Below, piece by piece: positions 38,302-51,315 of a stretch of DNA of 64,000 nt. Both the position numbers and the translations under genes were made by a program. The stretch comes from Octopus bimaculoides. Taxonomy: Eukaryota. Each line of letters opens with the position of its first letter. Position 1 is the stretch's first letter. The DNA lies in assembly GCF_001194135.2 (NCBI RefSeq), contig NC_068985.1:78392666-78456665 (forward strand), written 5' to 3'. Under the pieces are notes generated by a model. The model ran no database searches. It was given only the letters and a program-made list of their open reading frames with translations, and had not been told where the DNA came from.

Positions 38302-38353
<52 letters not shown>

Positions 38354-38415
38354 CACACACATACACACGTAGTATGTACATACATGCATGCATATATAAT
38401 ACATGCATACATACA

Positions 38416-38457
<42 letters not shown>

Positions 38458-38578
38458 TTCCCCCGGACGGACGGGTGGCTGGATAAATGGGTGGGTGGAA
38501 TAGATAGAATAGACAGATAGCCAGATAGACTGACGGATAGATGGATAGATGGATGCTGGATAATAGAGAGAGAATGAG

Positions 38579-38646
<68 letters not shown>

Positions 38647-38879
38647 CTAACATCATTTGTTATGAAAATTGCGATATAGTAAAACAATATGTTCAAAGAG
38701 TCTAATCGCCAGAGACAGTTCAACAGTAAGTCAACAGTATGTCTGCGAATGACTCGATGCTGCCTCACCTGAGTTTTGTAGCATGTTAATAATTGTTGAG
38801 TGTTGATGTATTACCTGGCCCTGAAGAGAAGGACCAGTCGGTGGGATGCGATCCAAGCTATGTTAAAGACGAAATATTT

Positions 38880-39350
38880 AGTGGGGACCCTTAGTGAAAT
38901 CCTTAGTGGTCGGGAGGATCAACACTTGGAATGATTGTGACGGATCAAGATGCTTGTAGCTCATGTTTATAAAGGCGGGTGTTGCTATAAGGGTCATCTT
39001 GATATAAGTAGCATCTGTGTTTTCTTGCTGTTGAAAGACAAGATTGACATGTCTCCATCGGTAGATCCTTTTTGAAGTCTTTGTTCCTAGAATCGTAGCC
39101 AGTTTAATCGTACTGCGTCTAGGATACAAGTGCATGGTGAATGTTTGATGAAGGGTAGTATCATAAACATAATTTTGGGTGTTTTGGGATGAGATGGCAA
39201 GTAGGTCACTGAAATAGAGATGGAAGAAAATGGGAGACAAAACCAAACCTTGAGAGCATACTCTAAAGAAGATAGGACTCCGTCAGCGCACGTTGCAATA
39301 GGGCGATCTGACAGGAAGCCACTGATGAGAGAAAGAGACGGAGAGTTGCT
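38880..39350 (-). mobile_element. Degenerate LINE reverse transcriptase fragment (Jockey/CR1/L2 group)
   Basis: LISGFLSDRPIAT..G; VLSPIFFHLYFSDLL..QNYVYDTTLH (decayed GSVL.P.LF...YADD). Confidence 0.7.
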
Positions 39351-39543
39351 TATTCACCTGTGTACATACACACATATACGCACATTATCATACACCTAAA
39401 CATTCATACATGCATACATACATACATACGTATACGTACGTAGTACATACATACATACATACATACATTCATGCATACGTACGTACGCACAAACATACAT
39501 ACATGCATACATACATGCATACATGCATGCATACACGCATGCA

Positions 39544-39577
<34 letters not shown>

Positions 39578-39584
39578 CATACAT

Positions 39585-39945
39585 AGGTGCCCAGTGGAAG
39601 TTAACATAAAGCTGAAGATCAGAGAAAAAGAGAATACCCACGCTGAATTATTGAAAAATCTGCAGTTACTCTATCTAGGTTACAAGTTCAGGTTTATACC
39701 TGTAATTATTCGGATCCTAAGATATATAACACACTGCCTAAATACCAATCTTGAGAAATTAGGCTTCTCAAAACCAGAAAGGAGAAAACTATTTTGAAGA
39801 CTACAGATCCAATCCATCACTGGAGCTGTAAAAATCTGTAAAACTTTCCAGGAGTTTATCATTTAAATATATCTGAGCATGTCTAGATATGCAACTATAT
39901 GCATGAGAATACATGCATAAAACATACAAATCTGTACATACATAC
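39585..39945 (+). mobile_element. 3' end of a restriction-like-endonuclease non-LTR retrotransposon (R4/Dong-like), copy 1
   Basis: CPVEVNIKLKIREKENTHAELLKNLQLLY..YKFRFIPVII..LEKLGF..LQIQSITGAVKICKTF. Confidence 0.75.
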
Positions 39946-39965
39946 ATGCATACGTACATACATAC

Positions 39966-39996
<31 letters not shown>

Positions 39997-40184
39997 CATG
40001 CATGCATACATACAAGTAAAAATACCCTGTTGTTAATGTTGATATTCCAACGAGGGAGCCTTGGATCTAGATTAGAAAGCGGGTCTTTCTCTATTGACAA
40101 GAAATCTTGAAATAAACTGAATAATGACATACATACATATGGTGGTTGTCTATTCCCTATACAGTGTTTGACCACCTCCTGTAC

Positions 40185-40660
40185 TTACATCTTAGCACCA
40201 TCATGGCGTCTGGTGTGGCTTTTTAAACGAGACAATGTTCTGAAAAGACACCCACATAGATTGCACCTCTGATTTGGACCACAAAGACCTGCAGATAAGT
40301 TCTGCTCTTTGTGGATCTTAACATGTCTTTCGAGGTTTCCGTTGGATTTGCAAATCTTCTGGTATACACTGCATTCAAAGGTGTGCACAGACATATAGGT
40401 AGAATAGTTGGTGGACATTTTCCATGCGTTCGCAGATGATATCTGAGGCCAGCGAAAGACAGGCATGGTCTGCCATACACTGTGCACACTAAAGGGTCAT
40501 TGTCATTCAGATTTCTCGATCGTTACATTCTTCCTTAGATCTCTTTTGCGTCTTACTTGCGTTATCCTGGCCTCTTCAAATGCTTTCACTCCACTCCACA
40601 CCTTTGTTCGCCATCCAACTCGATCCGAAGCAAGGGTTTCTATATCTTCTGGAACCATTT
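40185..40660 (-). mobile_element. RTE-clade LINE 3' end carrying three C2H2-type zinc fingers (two decayed)
   Basis: ETLASDRVGWRTKVWSGVKAFEEAR (RTE/BovB-like C-terminus), then CTVYGRPCLSFAGLRYHLRTH, CSVYQKICKSNGNLERHVKIH, CNLCGCLFRTLSRLKSHTRRH. Confidence 0.8.
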
Positions 40661-40661
40661 T

Positions 40662-40692
<31 letters not shown>

Positions 40693-40694
<2 letters not shown>

Positions 40695-41032
40695 GGAAAA
40701 CTGCTTCGAAACCTCCAACTTCTATATCCGAATTACAAATTTACATTTATACCAATAATGATTGGTATAAATGATTGGTTTTGTAAGTAAATGCCGAACT
40801 GTCAGTCTGGATAAGCTTGGATTTTCAGAAAAAGAAATCAACCAATTGACTCGCCACATTACAAATATAATCTGAAAGTGGAGCTGTAAAACCATGCAAA
40901 ACTTCTCTCGGGTTAAAAATATGACATTATTTCCGTTATCAATTTTTCAAATATGGAGCTTTGTGTCTTTGTTAGAAACCTATTACTTCTTCAGAGGAAG
41001 AATTTAAATGATTAAAAACAGAAAAGACACAC
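40693..41032 (+). mobile_element. 3' end of an RLE non-LTR retrotransposon, copy 2 (same group as 39585)
   Basis: YGKLLRNLQLLYPNYKFTFIPIMIG; nucleotide similarity to 39650-39850. Confidence 0.7.
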
Positions 41033-42338
41033 GTACATACATACATACATACATACATATGCAATCAGGTAAACACTAAAGTGAAACGCATATCCATCAC
41101 ACAAATATAAGTTATCGCCGAACAGAAACATGATGCGTATATACACACATCAACCCCAACACCTGACTGAACTGAAACAAGGCGACCACAAACCCCAACA
41201 CCTGGCTGAACAGAAACAAAAGAGTCTTGCCACTCGGTTAGCGGCCAACTCTCCAAATGAAAAATCTTAAATAAATACCGAAGAAAATTCGGACTCACCA
41301 TATTTTAAACTCTGATTTTTTTTAAAAATTCGAATAATAATTTTTTTTTTTTTTTTAAATTAAAATAAAATGAAAAAATTCTTCTTTCGTAACCGTATGA
41401 ATTCCCGTGAGTAGAATACAAATTCGTAAAAATTCTCTGAAAATTCCAAAAGATAAAAAGTTATGAGGGGTTGTATGGGGTGCTTGAACCAGAATTCCAC
41501 CCACATACATACATACATACATATGGATGTATATGTATGCATACATGCATGCATGTATGATCGTATGTATTGATATTATAATGTACATTTCTGTGGAACA
41601 GATACAATAAAAATTACAATTTTACAATATATAGGTGATGGGGTAGAGCTGCAAACTGATCGGATTATTAGCAGAAGACAATAGACACCCAGTTAATTTA
41701 CTCTATCACTGACATAGATTTCTAGTTAAATACTCACTCAACGTTATTTCTTCTTGACAAGTAATGTCATCGACATGATGATTATGAGTAAAATCATAAA
41801 GATAATTACTTCGCCGAGATAAATCAACATTCTGGAACTTTATTCTGTATGAATGGGAGATTACTTGCGTTAATACTTTTGTATTGCAGCGTGTGTCTTT
41901 TGCTGTGGCTGGCCTCTTTGTAAGGGATAGAAATTTTGTATTTTAGTGTCGAAGTAAGAAAGAATAACTTTAATTTAACGCGTGTTTTTCTTAACTTTTG
42001 AGAGTAGAGAAATTTTTAAGTGCCGACTGGCAATAGATTTGTGTCCATGCTATGATTAAATGTTAACGAGATGGTCACCGAGTTAGGAAAGGATTAGGTA
42101 AGTACTGTGTGAAGATGTTTGCTAGATAACTGAACGTGTTATTTAATGGCTGATCCCAGCGTGTAGATGGTAAATGGTTAGTTACAGTATGTACGTGTTT
42201 AGACAGCTTTCGTGTGCTGACTTTATAGTCAGAATATATAAATGTTGAATAAGACTGATACAGAGTGTAAATCTTAGATGAATAATCTCCGAGTGGATCT
42301 TGTCACCATAGTCACAATCTTCCTTCTTTTGCCGACAG

Positions 42339-42532
42339 ATTGTCTTTCAATAGAATAAGAGTTAAAAAGGATTTTCTCAGTTTCGCCAGTTGTTAGAAAT
42401 AATACAATAGTCCAGATTTATAAAGTGTTTACAAGTGAACATCCTTAATTGGACAATTCGAAACTTCTTCGGTACCAATTCTAAATATGGAAGTTTAATC
42501 CACAGACAATTGAAGTAATTATTAGCATGGAA
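42339..42532 (+). other. Inverted paralogous copy of the ATG-GAA exon module
   Basis: 42477-42545 (aattctaaatatgg..cacagacaattgaag..agcATGGAAGTAATA) is homologous to the reverse complement of 51296-51370; acceptors at 42338 and 42380; upstream donor TAG|GTAAGT at 42098. Confidence 0.35.
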
Positions 42533-42699
42533 GTAATAACGGGAGAAATGAATATTGTATCTTCTGATATTGGAAATTAACACGAAACTTAGGATTTCGC
42601 TTAAATTGCTTCTCTAGAATTGCTTAAACTGAATAACTTGGATTAGTTTATGCAAGGAACATGTTCATGAAAGAAGCTAGAATCTTCAAAAATAGTGTT

Positions 42700-42736
42700 G
42701 TGTCACCATGGTAACAACGTCGTTGTCATGGTCACC
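42700..42736. promoter_or_regulatory. Paired RFX X-box-like motifs (GTCACCATGGTAAC ... GTTGTCATGGTCAC)
   Basis: Match to the GTNNYYATRRNAAC palindromic consensus; conserved in the paralogous module at about 51046-51082. Confidence 0.45.
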
Positions 42737-42980
42737 ATCTCTATCGTAAATACTTCGTCTTTATTTATTCTTTCATTCCTTTCTTTTACTTGTTTCAGTC
42801 GTTTGACTTTGGCCATGCTGGAGTACTGCCTTTTAGTCGAAGAAATCGTCCCCAGAACATGGTTCGTAAGCGCCTGCTACTTATTCTATCGGTCTCTTTT
42901 GTCGAACTGCTAAGTTACAGGGACGTAAACACACCAACAGCGGTTGTCAAGCGGTAATGGCAGACTCAAAGACACACGTA

Positions 42981-43015
<35 letters not shown>

Positions 43016-44029
43016 NNNNNNNNNNNNNNNNNNNNNNNNNNNNNNNNNNNNNNNNNNNNNNNNNNNNNNNNNNNNNNNNNNNNNNNNNNNNNNNNNNNNN
43101 NNNNNNNNNNNNNNNNNNNNNNNNNNNNNNNNNNNNNNNNNNNNNNNNNNNNNNNNNNNNNNNNNNNNNNNNNNNNNNNNNNNNNNNNNNNNNNNNNNNN
43201 NNNNNNNNNNNNNNNNNNNNNNNNNNNNNNNNNNNNNNNNNNNNNNNNNNNNNNNNNNNNNNNNNNNNNNNNNNNNNNNNNNNNNNNNNNNNNNNNNNNN
43301 NNNNNNNNNNNNNNNNNNNNNNNNNNNNNNNNNNNNNNNNNNNNNNNNNNNNNNNNNNNNNNNNNNNNNNNNNNNNNNNNNNNNNNNNNNNNNNNNNNNN
43401 NNNNNNNNNNNNNNNNNNNNNNNNNNNNNNNNNNNNNNNNNNNNNNNNNNNNNNNNNNNNNNNNNNNNNNNNNNNNNNNNNNNNNNNNNNNNNNNNNNNN
43501 NNNNNNNNNNNNNNNNNNNNNNNNNNNNNNNNNNNNNNNNNNNNNNNNNNNNNNNNNNNNNNNNNNNNNNNNNNNNNNNNNNNNNNNNNNNNNNNNNNNN
43601 NNNNNNNNNNNNNNNNNNNNNNNNNNNNNNNNNNNNNNNNNNNNNNNNNNNNNNNNNNNNNNNNNNNNNNNNNNNNNNNNNNNNNNNNTAATATATATAT
43701 ATAGTATTATTTCTAAATCTCTCAAAGAGAGACATACAATGACATTTCTTTAAAGTAAAATTTAATTCCCAACATAATATGACTGTCCTGTAAGGGACGA
43801 TGTTACTATTGTTTTAGCCCCAAGAAACATCGTTTCTAGCTGGTTATACGACACATTATCTGTGTCCTTATATTTTCGAACCGGGCTATAGTAGAAGACA
43901 CTTGCCGCGCACTGGGACTGAACTTGGAACCATGTGGTTGAGAAGCTTCTTACCACTAGAAACGTTGATATTTGTGACGATTCATAACACTAATCTTTTA
44001 AATGAGAGGAGAACAGTAATTAGAATGAT

Positions 44030-44295
44030 GTCATGATGTCGCATGAAAGAATCGCAAGACAGCTTTTTCAAGTCAAGCCAACCGACAGGAGACTTGGGGA
44101 TAGACCAAGAACGAGGTGGCTGGATAATAGCCATAGTCTCAGTTGGTCACATTTGAGAATCCAGCAGGAAAAGTGCAACGACGATTGCTTCTGGTACGAG
44201 CCTATGAAGAAGGTGTCTGAAAACTTTACCCCAACAACGCTCCTAGGAATATTGAACAGGAAAGATGGATGGATGGAAGGATGGATGGATGGGAA
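44030..44295 (+). mobile_element. RTE (Rex3/Expander-like) 3' end with (GGAT)n tail
   Basis: MSHERIARQLFQVKPTDRRLGDRPRTRWLD..SLSWSHL. Confidence 0.75.
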
Positions 44296-45389
44296 ATAGT
44301 CTATAGATTCTGACTGCTTTTTATTTTAGAGATTCAATGCACAATAAATGACATCGACTCCTTAAGCATGATTTAAACTCCAAACTTACAGATTATTTTT
44401 ATTTGTTTAACCATAAGGACTTGTATTTCACTTGGAAGTTCAAGTGAGAAATTGTATCGTCTATAAAACATCATGAATATATTTATTAGAAGCTTAGGTG
44501 CAGGGGAAAAGTTTCAATCTGGAATCGAAATCTGCAAAAACTTTGTACAAAATACCTTAAAGGTTTTTATTACTGCATTTTACTTTCTGAGTAAAAACCA
44601 CGCTGAAGTCAAATCTGCCTTTATACTTCCGGAATTGATAAAGTAAAGAACTGCTCAAGTAACAGTGTCGATAATCGACTAACCCCAGCCTAGAAAATTC
44701 TGGCCTTGTACATATGTGAGAAATAATTATCAGTATTATTATTAGTAGGCGCTGAGCTGGCAAAATCGTTAGCACGTTGGGCAAAATGCTTAGCAACTTT
44801 GCCTTTCGTCCTTTCGGGGTCGAAAAATAAAGTACCAGTGAAACACTGGGGTCGATGTAATCGACAAGTCCCCTCCTCCAAAGTTTCAGGCCTTGTACCT
44901 TTAGTAAAAAGGATTATTATTAAGGGAGCTTAAAGCAATGAATTGACAGAAAAATTAGCGCAGCCAGTAAAATGTTTAGCGGCATTTCTTACGGTTCTTT
45001 ACGTTCTGAGTTCAAATTCCACCGAAGTCGACTTTGAGTTTCAACTCTTCAGGATCGATAAAATAAGTACCACTGGAGAGGATGTAATCAACTAGCACCC
45101 TTCCCCAAATATTTCAGGCCTTGTGTCAATAGCAGAAAGATTTATTATTATTGTGTAAATGAAACTACGGATAGCTGTTGTGTCCAGTTTGGGAATTAGT
45201 ACTATCGTGGAAAGCAAGTTGGTTTCTGCTGATAGGCGAGTTTCTTTTCGTGTGTTGTTTGCCAGTGTTGGGAGACATCTCGATTTAATTTTGTATAGTG
45301 AAATTTTTCGATTGTCCATGAAGAAAATTGCAATTGACGCGATGATGCTCGTAAATAAGAGAGTGAGGAGTGTCATCAGAACGTAGTGA

Positions 45390-48300
45390 AAGGGAGAGTG
45401 AGCGCGACGTGCTATATCACCCCCTTAAAAAAAGAGAAAAAGCAGACGACAAACGTGCATTTAACAAGAGTGACGTTGAAATTGTTCACAAGTCGGAATA
45501 TTTCAACATATAATTCTTGAAAACCAACTCTATCAACAACAACTGCAGTAACAACAATAACACCCAGTTTGAAGTAGAACAAATTAGAAAAAATGTGGAA
45601 GCCAATAGTAACAGCAGCAGCAACAACAACAACAATAGCAACAATAACAACACATTTCAGGAAAAACAGAAGAAAATTTATAAGAAAATGAAACCAATCC
45701 TCCACTAAGAACAACAACAATAGTGACAACAGCAACGAGAAATCCAGCACATCTTTCCCCAAAATTACTGATCAGAGATAGGTGGAGCACTCTTTCGATA
45801 GTGATTTTGGTAAAAAATCTTCGAAAATGCCTACTAAAACCTAATCTTCTAGTTCTACCACCAGGCCAAAAATATCAGGTCCCCAAAAGAATTGTGATAT
45901 ACCGTTCTCTTAATAAGAAGACCAGACGGATCGTAAATCCGACTCCAGCACAGGTAGAAAATGCCTGAAAGATATCTAGGCTTCGATTTGGCATGTCAGA
46001 AGAGCGAGAGATTTGGGATCTTTTGTTATTTTATGCCTTAGCGAAGAGGCAACGATAAATATGACCTTGTACACTTACTCTTCAGATGAAAATATTTTCA
46101 TTTCGTCTTATCTGGTGTGACGAGTGAATAAGGTTACATTTTACGAATGTGCTTCCGGAACCTGACATCCAGTATTTCACGATGATTGTGGATGGGTATG
46201 GTGATATTTTAACTTAGAAATCCGCCCGGAAAGAAAAATTGGTCAGTGGTCCAGGTGGAAGTAGAAATGCTGGTGACTGTAGAAAATTTCCATAGGAATC
46301 CTAGCATAATTTACATGTAAGGTGTGGAGCCCATAAGAATTGTGGTGGTGGGTAGGAAAGCTAAGTGTTACACTTGCAGAAACACAACCCATGAAAAAGC
46401 TTTCTACCCTCAATTAAAGAAACCGAAACCAACCTTATTGGCAACTCCACGGCCGCATCTACAACCTCATGAACAGATCAGGACTCCTATACCAAAACCA
46501 ATTTCTTCCCCTGCTGCCACTGACGAGCAAGCTCTTCCCAAACTTCATGCTCTGCAAACCAACAACAACAGCTCAATTTCCTCTTTCGACCGGATTCTTC
46601 CATCGCCCGCCAATTCCTTGGGAAATAACATGCAGAAGAAAGATCATGCCGAAAGATGGCAATGAGTCTCCAAAGGGGCGAAATGAAAAAGGAGGAGGAT
46701 ACAGATCCCCATTCTGAAAACTCCACAAAAACAACAACAAACACAAAAACCACATCTTCAGCCTACTTCACAACCACCAACAATAGCAACATCATTAAAA
46801 ACAAAAACAACAGCAGCTGCAACATCATCATCAACAACAACGACTACACCAGCAAGAAAACACGAACTCTACAACAACCAAGCCTAAAACTTTTATAAAA
46901 AAAAAAAACAATCTAAATGGTACACAAATGTATCCATCGACTTCACAATTGTGAACAAAAGCAACAGTGACTTAATAGATTGTTAAACTGAAAATAAAAA
47001 TAAAATTTAGACGAATGAAATGAATTTGAAAATTTCATCCTCAAAACCGCAGAAGATGGACTTTTAATTAGTACATTTTCGGACTTTTACAAAATAATAC
47101 GAGAAAATTCCCAGCTAGTGAGGATTTAAAAAAAAACTGTCAATAAAAACTCTTAGAAGGGCTGTTTAAAAAATATTCGCGCGAAGATAAGTCCGTGATA
47201 ACTGGGCTTCTCAAAAATTAAGGTGAGTGATCTCCCTTTTAGTCTTTCTCCGACTAACATGCCTGCGCTGAAAGTGAGGTGTGTGAAGGTGCGTGCCCTG
47301 GAGTCAGCTTGGAAACAAGGTCGCTTGCTCAACGATCTCAAATCACATGGTTTAGATGTCACTGTTATTAGCGAAACAGGAGTTTCGAGAAAGCATGTCC
47401 TAGCATCCATTTTCGAAGGATTCGAGATGTTCTCATCTTGAGGTTTGCCGGGAGCGGGCAGTAGTGTAGCAGTGCTATTCCAGAAATCCTTAGATTTTGA
47501 AGTTCGGGCAATCTTCTTGGACCCGGACAGTAAGGTGGAGGTCCTGGACGTGAATGACGGCGAAGATAGCGCCTTTAGAATGGGGGCCGTTTATGCCCTG
47601 AGAGGGGCTGGAAGGCCAGATTTATTCAGGCGTCTAAGATCATTTTCAGGAATGTCTCGTACTTTAGTACTTGTGGGAGACTGGAATAGTATTTTGGACG
47701 CACGTAAGGACTGTGTGAGGTTAGTACATAGCAGAAGTGGGTGTAAAAGCCTCAAAAACTTGCTCAGAAACTTCCAGGTGTCTGACCGGTTCCAACTGGA
47801 TTTCTCTGATGTGCCAGTGTGGACATGGGGAAACCACACCGGGTTATCTTGATCGTATCTAGATAGAGTATTCGTTAGGTCAGTAGATAGGAGTAGCGTA
47901 GGTTGTCCACAATTCAAATTGATCGGCTACACAGAACATAAGTTTATGATCTGTACAGTCAAATTAGTTAGGACCCGTAGACAGGTACCCGGTTACACGA
48001 AGCTGAACGCGTCATTACGCAAAGATTACAGGGATCGGATTAGTGAACAAGTTAAGCGGCAGTTGACGGAGCAATTGTCAACAAACGGTAATGTGTCACC
48101 ATGAAGAGGGGGATTAGAGTAGAATCGATAGTGTTTATCAAAGAGCTAGCTATAGAAAGAAATAGATTAGAAGGAGAACAAGTAAGCAAACTAGAAGAGG
48201 CGATTAGTAAAGGCATCGTGACCGACGTGCTAGCGGCGAGAATGACCCTTGTCCATTTCTTCGAGGGGAAATACGAAGGCTGCGTTGTCAGAGCTAAGGC

Positions 48301-49690
48301 CGATGCGCTCAAACACACACGAAGGAATTGAAGCCATACGATGGGCAGCAGACCCGTGGTTCTGCGAAAACCCGATAACGGCCGCTGAAATACGGGAGAC
48401 GATGAGCGGTTGCACAAGTCGCAAATCAGCCGGTTGAGATGGTGTACTTTATTGGATCCTATAAGTTCATACCAAAAGGTTGGCGCTTGTCGGTAGTGTA
48501 GTTGGGGAAGTGCAAACATGCACAATCCCGAACAGGTCTATCCACGACAACCTCCACCTTATGTGATATATCATAGAGGGCTGGGGCTAAAGCTGGCTAC
48601 GGTGGGGCCCTGATCATTTTGGTTCAATCCAAAGTATTTGATAGGATCGACTATCGCTACTTGGAAGCCACCCTGAAAGCGGTCGGTTTTGGGTCCATTT
48701 TCAGAGGCTAAATCGTTGCAAGGCAGAGCGCCATCTCCTCGGTGGTTAAAGTAACCGGCATCCTAGCAGAACCATTTCGCACCGCACGCTCGGTCCGCCA
48801 GGGCTACCCGTTGTCTTCTCCTTTGTATGTGATGGCTCTCGAGTAACTGAAGTGGGAACAGTTGAGAAGCATCCCTTTCGAACTGGAATATGGGAGAGCT
48901 GTGTCGACGTCTCCGAAGCGGAGACGGTTGGCACCATTCTAAAGACATATGTGTCAGTTGCAGGAGCAAAATCAAAGCCGACAAGTCAGTGGGCTTGCGA
49001 CTGAACACCTGGAGAATCAGGTTGATGCCTTCGGACGGTGTTGTGGGTCGCTGGACTGACGGACCAGTTAAACTGTTCGATCCTGACCTCCGAGTTGATA
49101 AGAACTAGTACAAAGTGGTGAACAGGATGGCTGTATTACCCAGAAACAGGCAGAAAGGAAGCTATCCCTGAGAGGTCAAGCAGAGGTGGCGAATGCTTAC
49201 ATCGCCTCCGTCATCATTTATCATGAGAGTCGTGCCCAACCCCGGCTACCCGTTGATCAGGTTAGAATATCTGTTATTTATTTTCCTATGGAAAGGACGC
49301 ATTCCAATGATCAGTTTGCTGCCAGCACCCTCTGCATGACGGTTTAGGCATGCCATAGCTACTGATGCCAAGACACACGCTCAGGTTACACCATATGTAA
49401 CGAGTGAATGTGATGTCTGGCCTCGTGACTGCACGAACTGATTCGATTTGGAGATCAATCTGGTCCCGAACAAAGATTCTGGATTATTTTTCCGTTTTTT
49501 TTTTATTTGTGAGAGCGGTCGGGCTTCATTTTTAGTATTCTCGTTTGTGAAGACAGTCGAGTTTATTTCAGATATTCTCATTTTAAAGATCATCTCCGGC
49601 TAATCGTTGAGAGGACGTTGGTGTTGCCTTGGCGGAGGTTTGCGCTCTCGGAGTGCTCTTGTTTTCCATTAATTTCAATCCTTTCCAGTG
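45390..49690 (+). mobile_element. Decayed near-full-length L1-clade (Tx1-like) LINE: ORF1 with zinc knuckle remnant, APE endonuclease, RT
   Basis: ORF1 CYTCRNTTHEK; APE DVTVISET, VLVGDWNSIL, SYLDRVFV; RT DQSKVFDRIDYRYL, SVRQGYPLSSPLYV; many stops, frameshifts and deletions. Confidence 0.9.
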
Positions 49691-50745
49691 TTATCATTTA
49701 TCTTTTATCTTTTACTTATTTCAGTCATTAGACAGCGGCCATGCTAGGGCACCACCTTGAAAGGTTTTAGTCAAACAAATCGATCTCAGGAGTTATTTTT
49801 CTTAAGCTTAGTACTTATTCTGTCAGTTTCGCTTGCCAACTGCTAAGTTACGAGAAAATAAACACACTAACACCGGTGGGGGACAAACACAAAAACAAAA
49901 TCACATAGATATATGCATACACACACACGCACACATATATGCGACGGGCTTCTTTCAGTTTCCGTCTACCAAAGGTTTTGGTCGACCCGAGGCTGTGATT
50001 GAAGACACAAGGCTTTAGTCGGCCCGAAGCTGTAATAGAAGACACTTGTTCAAAGTCCCATGCAGTGGGACTGAACCTGGAACTATGCGTTTGAGAAGCA
50101 AGCTTCTTACCACACAACCGCGCCTGAGCCTATATTTAAATTAACACGAAAAATATTTTAATCGGAGTGCTTTGTATGGTTTTTGTAGCTCTATACTCTC
50201 TCTTCAACTTTAGTTTATGATTTTTTTTTTAATTTGATTATTAATTTCGCCTCTTTTTCAGACAAATGAAGATGGAGTGCCAAACAGAAAAGAAAAAACG
50301 AACGATTTTATCCAACGATCCGATATTATTGATTTCAAACTTTGACAGAAGGCCAGCAGGTTTGGGTGAGGGGCTAAGTCGATTACATGGACCCTAGTGT
50401 TCAATTAGCACTTATTTTATTGACTCTGAAAGGATGAAAGGCAAAGTTGATCTCGGCGAAATTTGAACCCAGAACCTAAAGACGGATGAAATGCCGCTAT
50501 GCATTTTGCCTGGTGTGCTAACGATTCTCCTAGCTCGCTGTCTTACAATCAGATATTATTGTCACTGAAAATCTATCTTGCGAAATTTTTCACACCAAAT
50601 CATGTGATAGGTCAAAACATCACATGGCCTTCTCGTCTTCCCCACCCCAGACTAAAACTGTCCCTCATCCTCCTCTGTTTCGTGAGTGAACTCCCCTACT
50701 CTATCACTGAATTTTGGGAGTTTTTACTTGGATTAAGAAATTTTA

Positions 50746-50746
<1 letters not shown>

Positions 50747-50839
<93 letters not shown>

Positions 50840-50846
50840 GACAGAC

Positions 50847-50902
<56 letters not shown>
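50747..50902. repeat. (CA)n-(GACA)n-(GATA)n microsatellite
   Basis: Read directly. Confidence 0.95.
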
Positions 50903-50903
<1 letters not shown>

Positions 50904-51044
50904 TGAAGAGTTAAATCGATAAATAAGATAGATTATAAATTGTACATATGCTTACTCATATAAGTCTCAAAGAATTCAAATTTATAAAATCGCTTTTGCT
51001 AATGGTCGAAAATACCTTCTATTTTTTTAACAATCGCAAAACAT

Positions 51045-51082
51045 GTGTCACCATGGCAACAACGCTGTATTCCAACGGTAAC
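51045..51082. promoter_or_regulatory. RFX X-box-like motif (GTCACCATGGCAAC) plus a degenerate second site
   Basis: gtcaccatggcaacaacgctgt matches the reverse complement of the second 42.7-kb site at 18/22 and the first site directly at 20/21 (tgtgtcaccatggYaacaacg). Confidence 0.45.
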
Positions 51083-51315
51083 GGAATGCTCAAACGAATG
51101 AAATGATTGTTTGAATTCCATTCCTTCACTTAAACTTGTCTAAGTCACACTGTTTGGTGAATAGACAAAAGTAATTTATTTAGAAAAGCTAGTTGAAAGC
51201 CTAGATTTGTTTTAGCCCTACAGTTTTATCCATTGTATAATCTTTTCGTTATGAAAAACTCCAGGACATGTAAACAAACAGAGGGTTCATTATAATCATT
51301 TTCGTCTGATGTTAC

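Noticed and set aside
40185-40489. Host C2H2 zinc-finger gene
   Set aside because: Contiguous with an RTE ORF2 end, frameshifted, Cys lost in two fingers, no splice signals.
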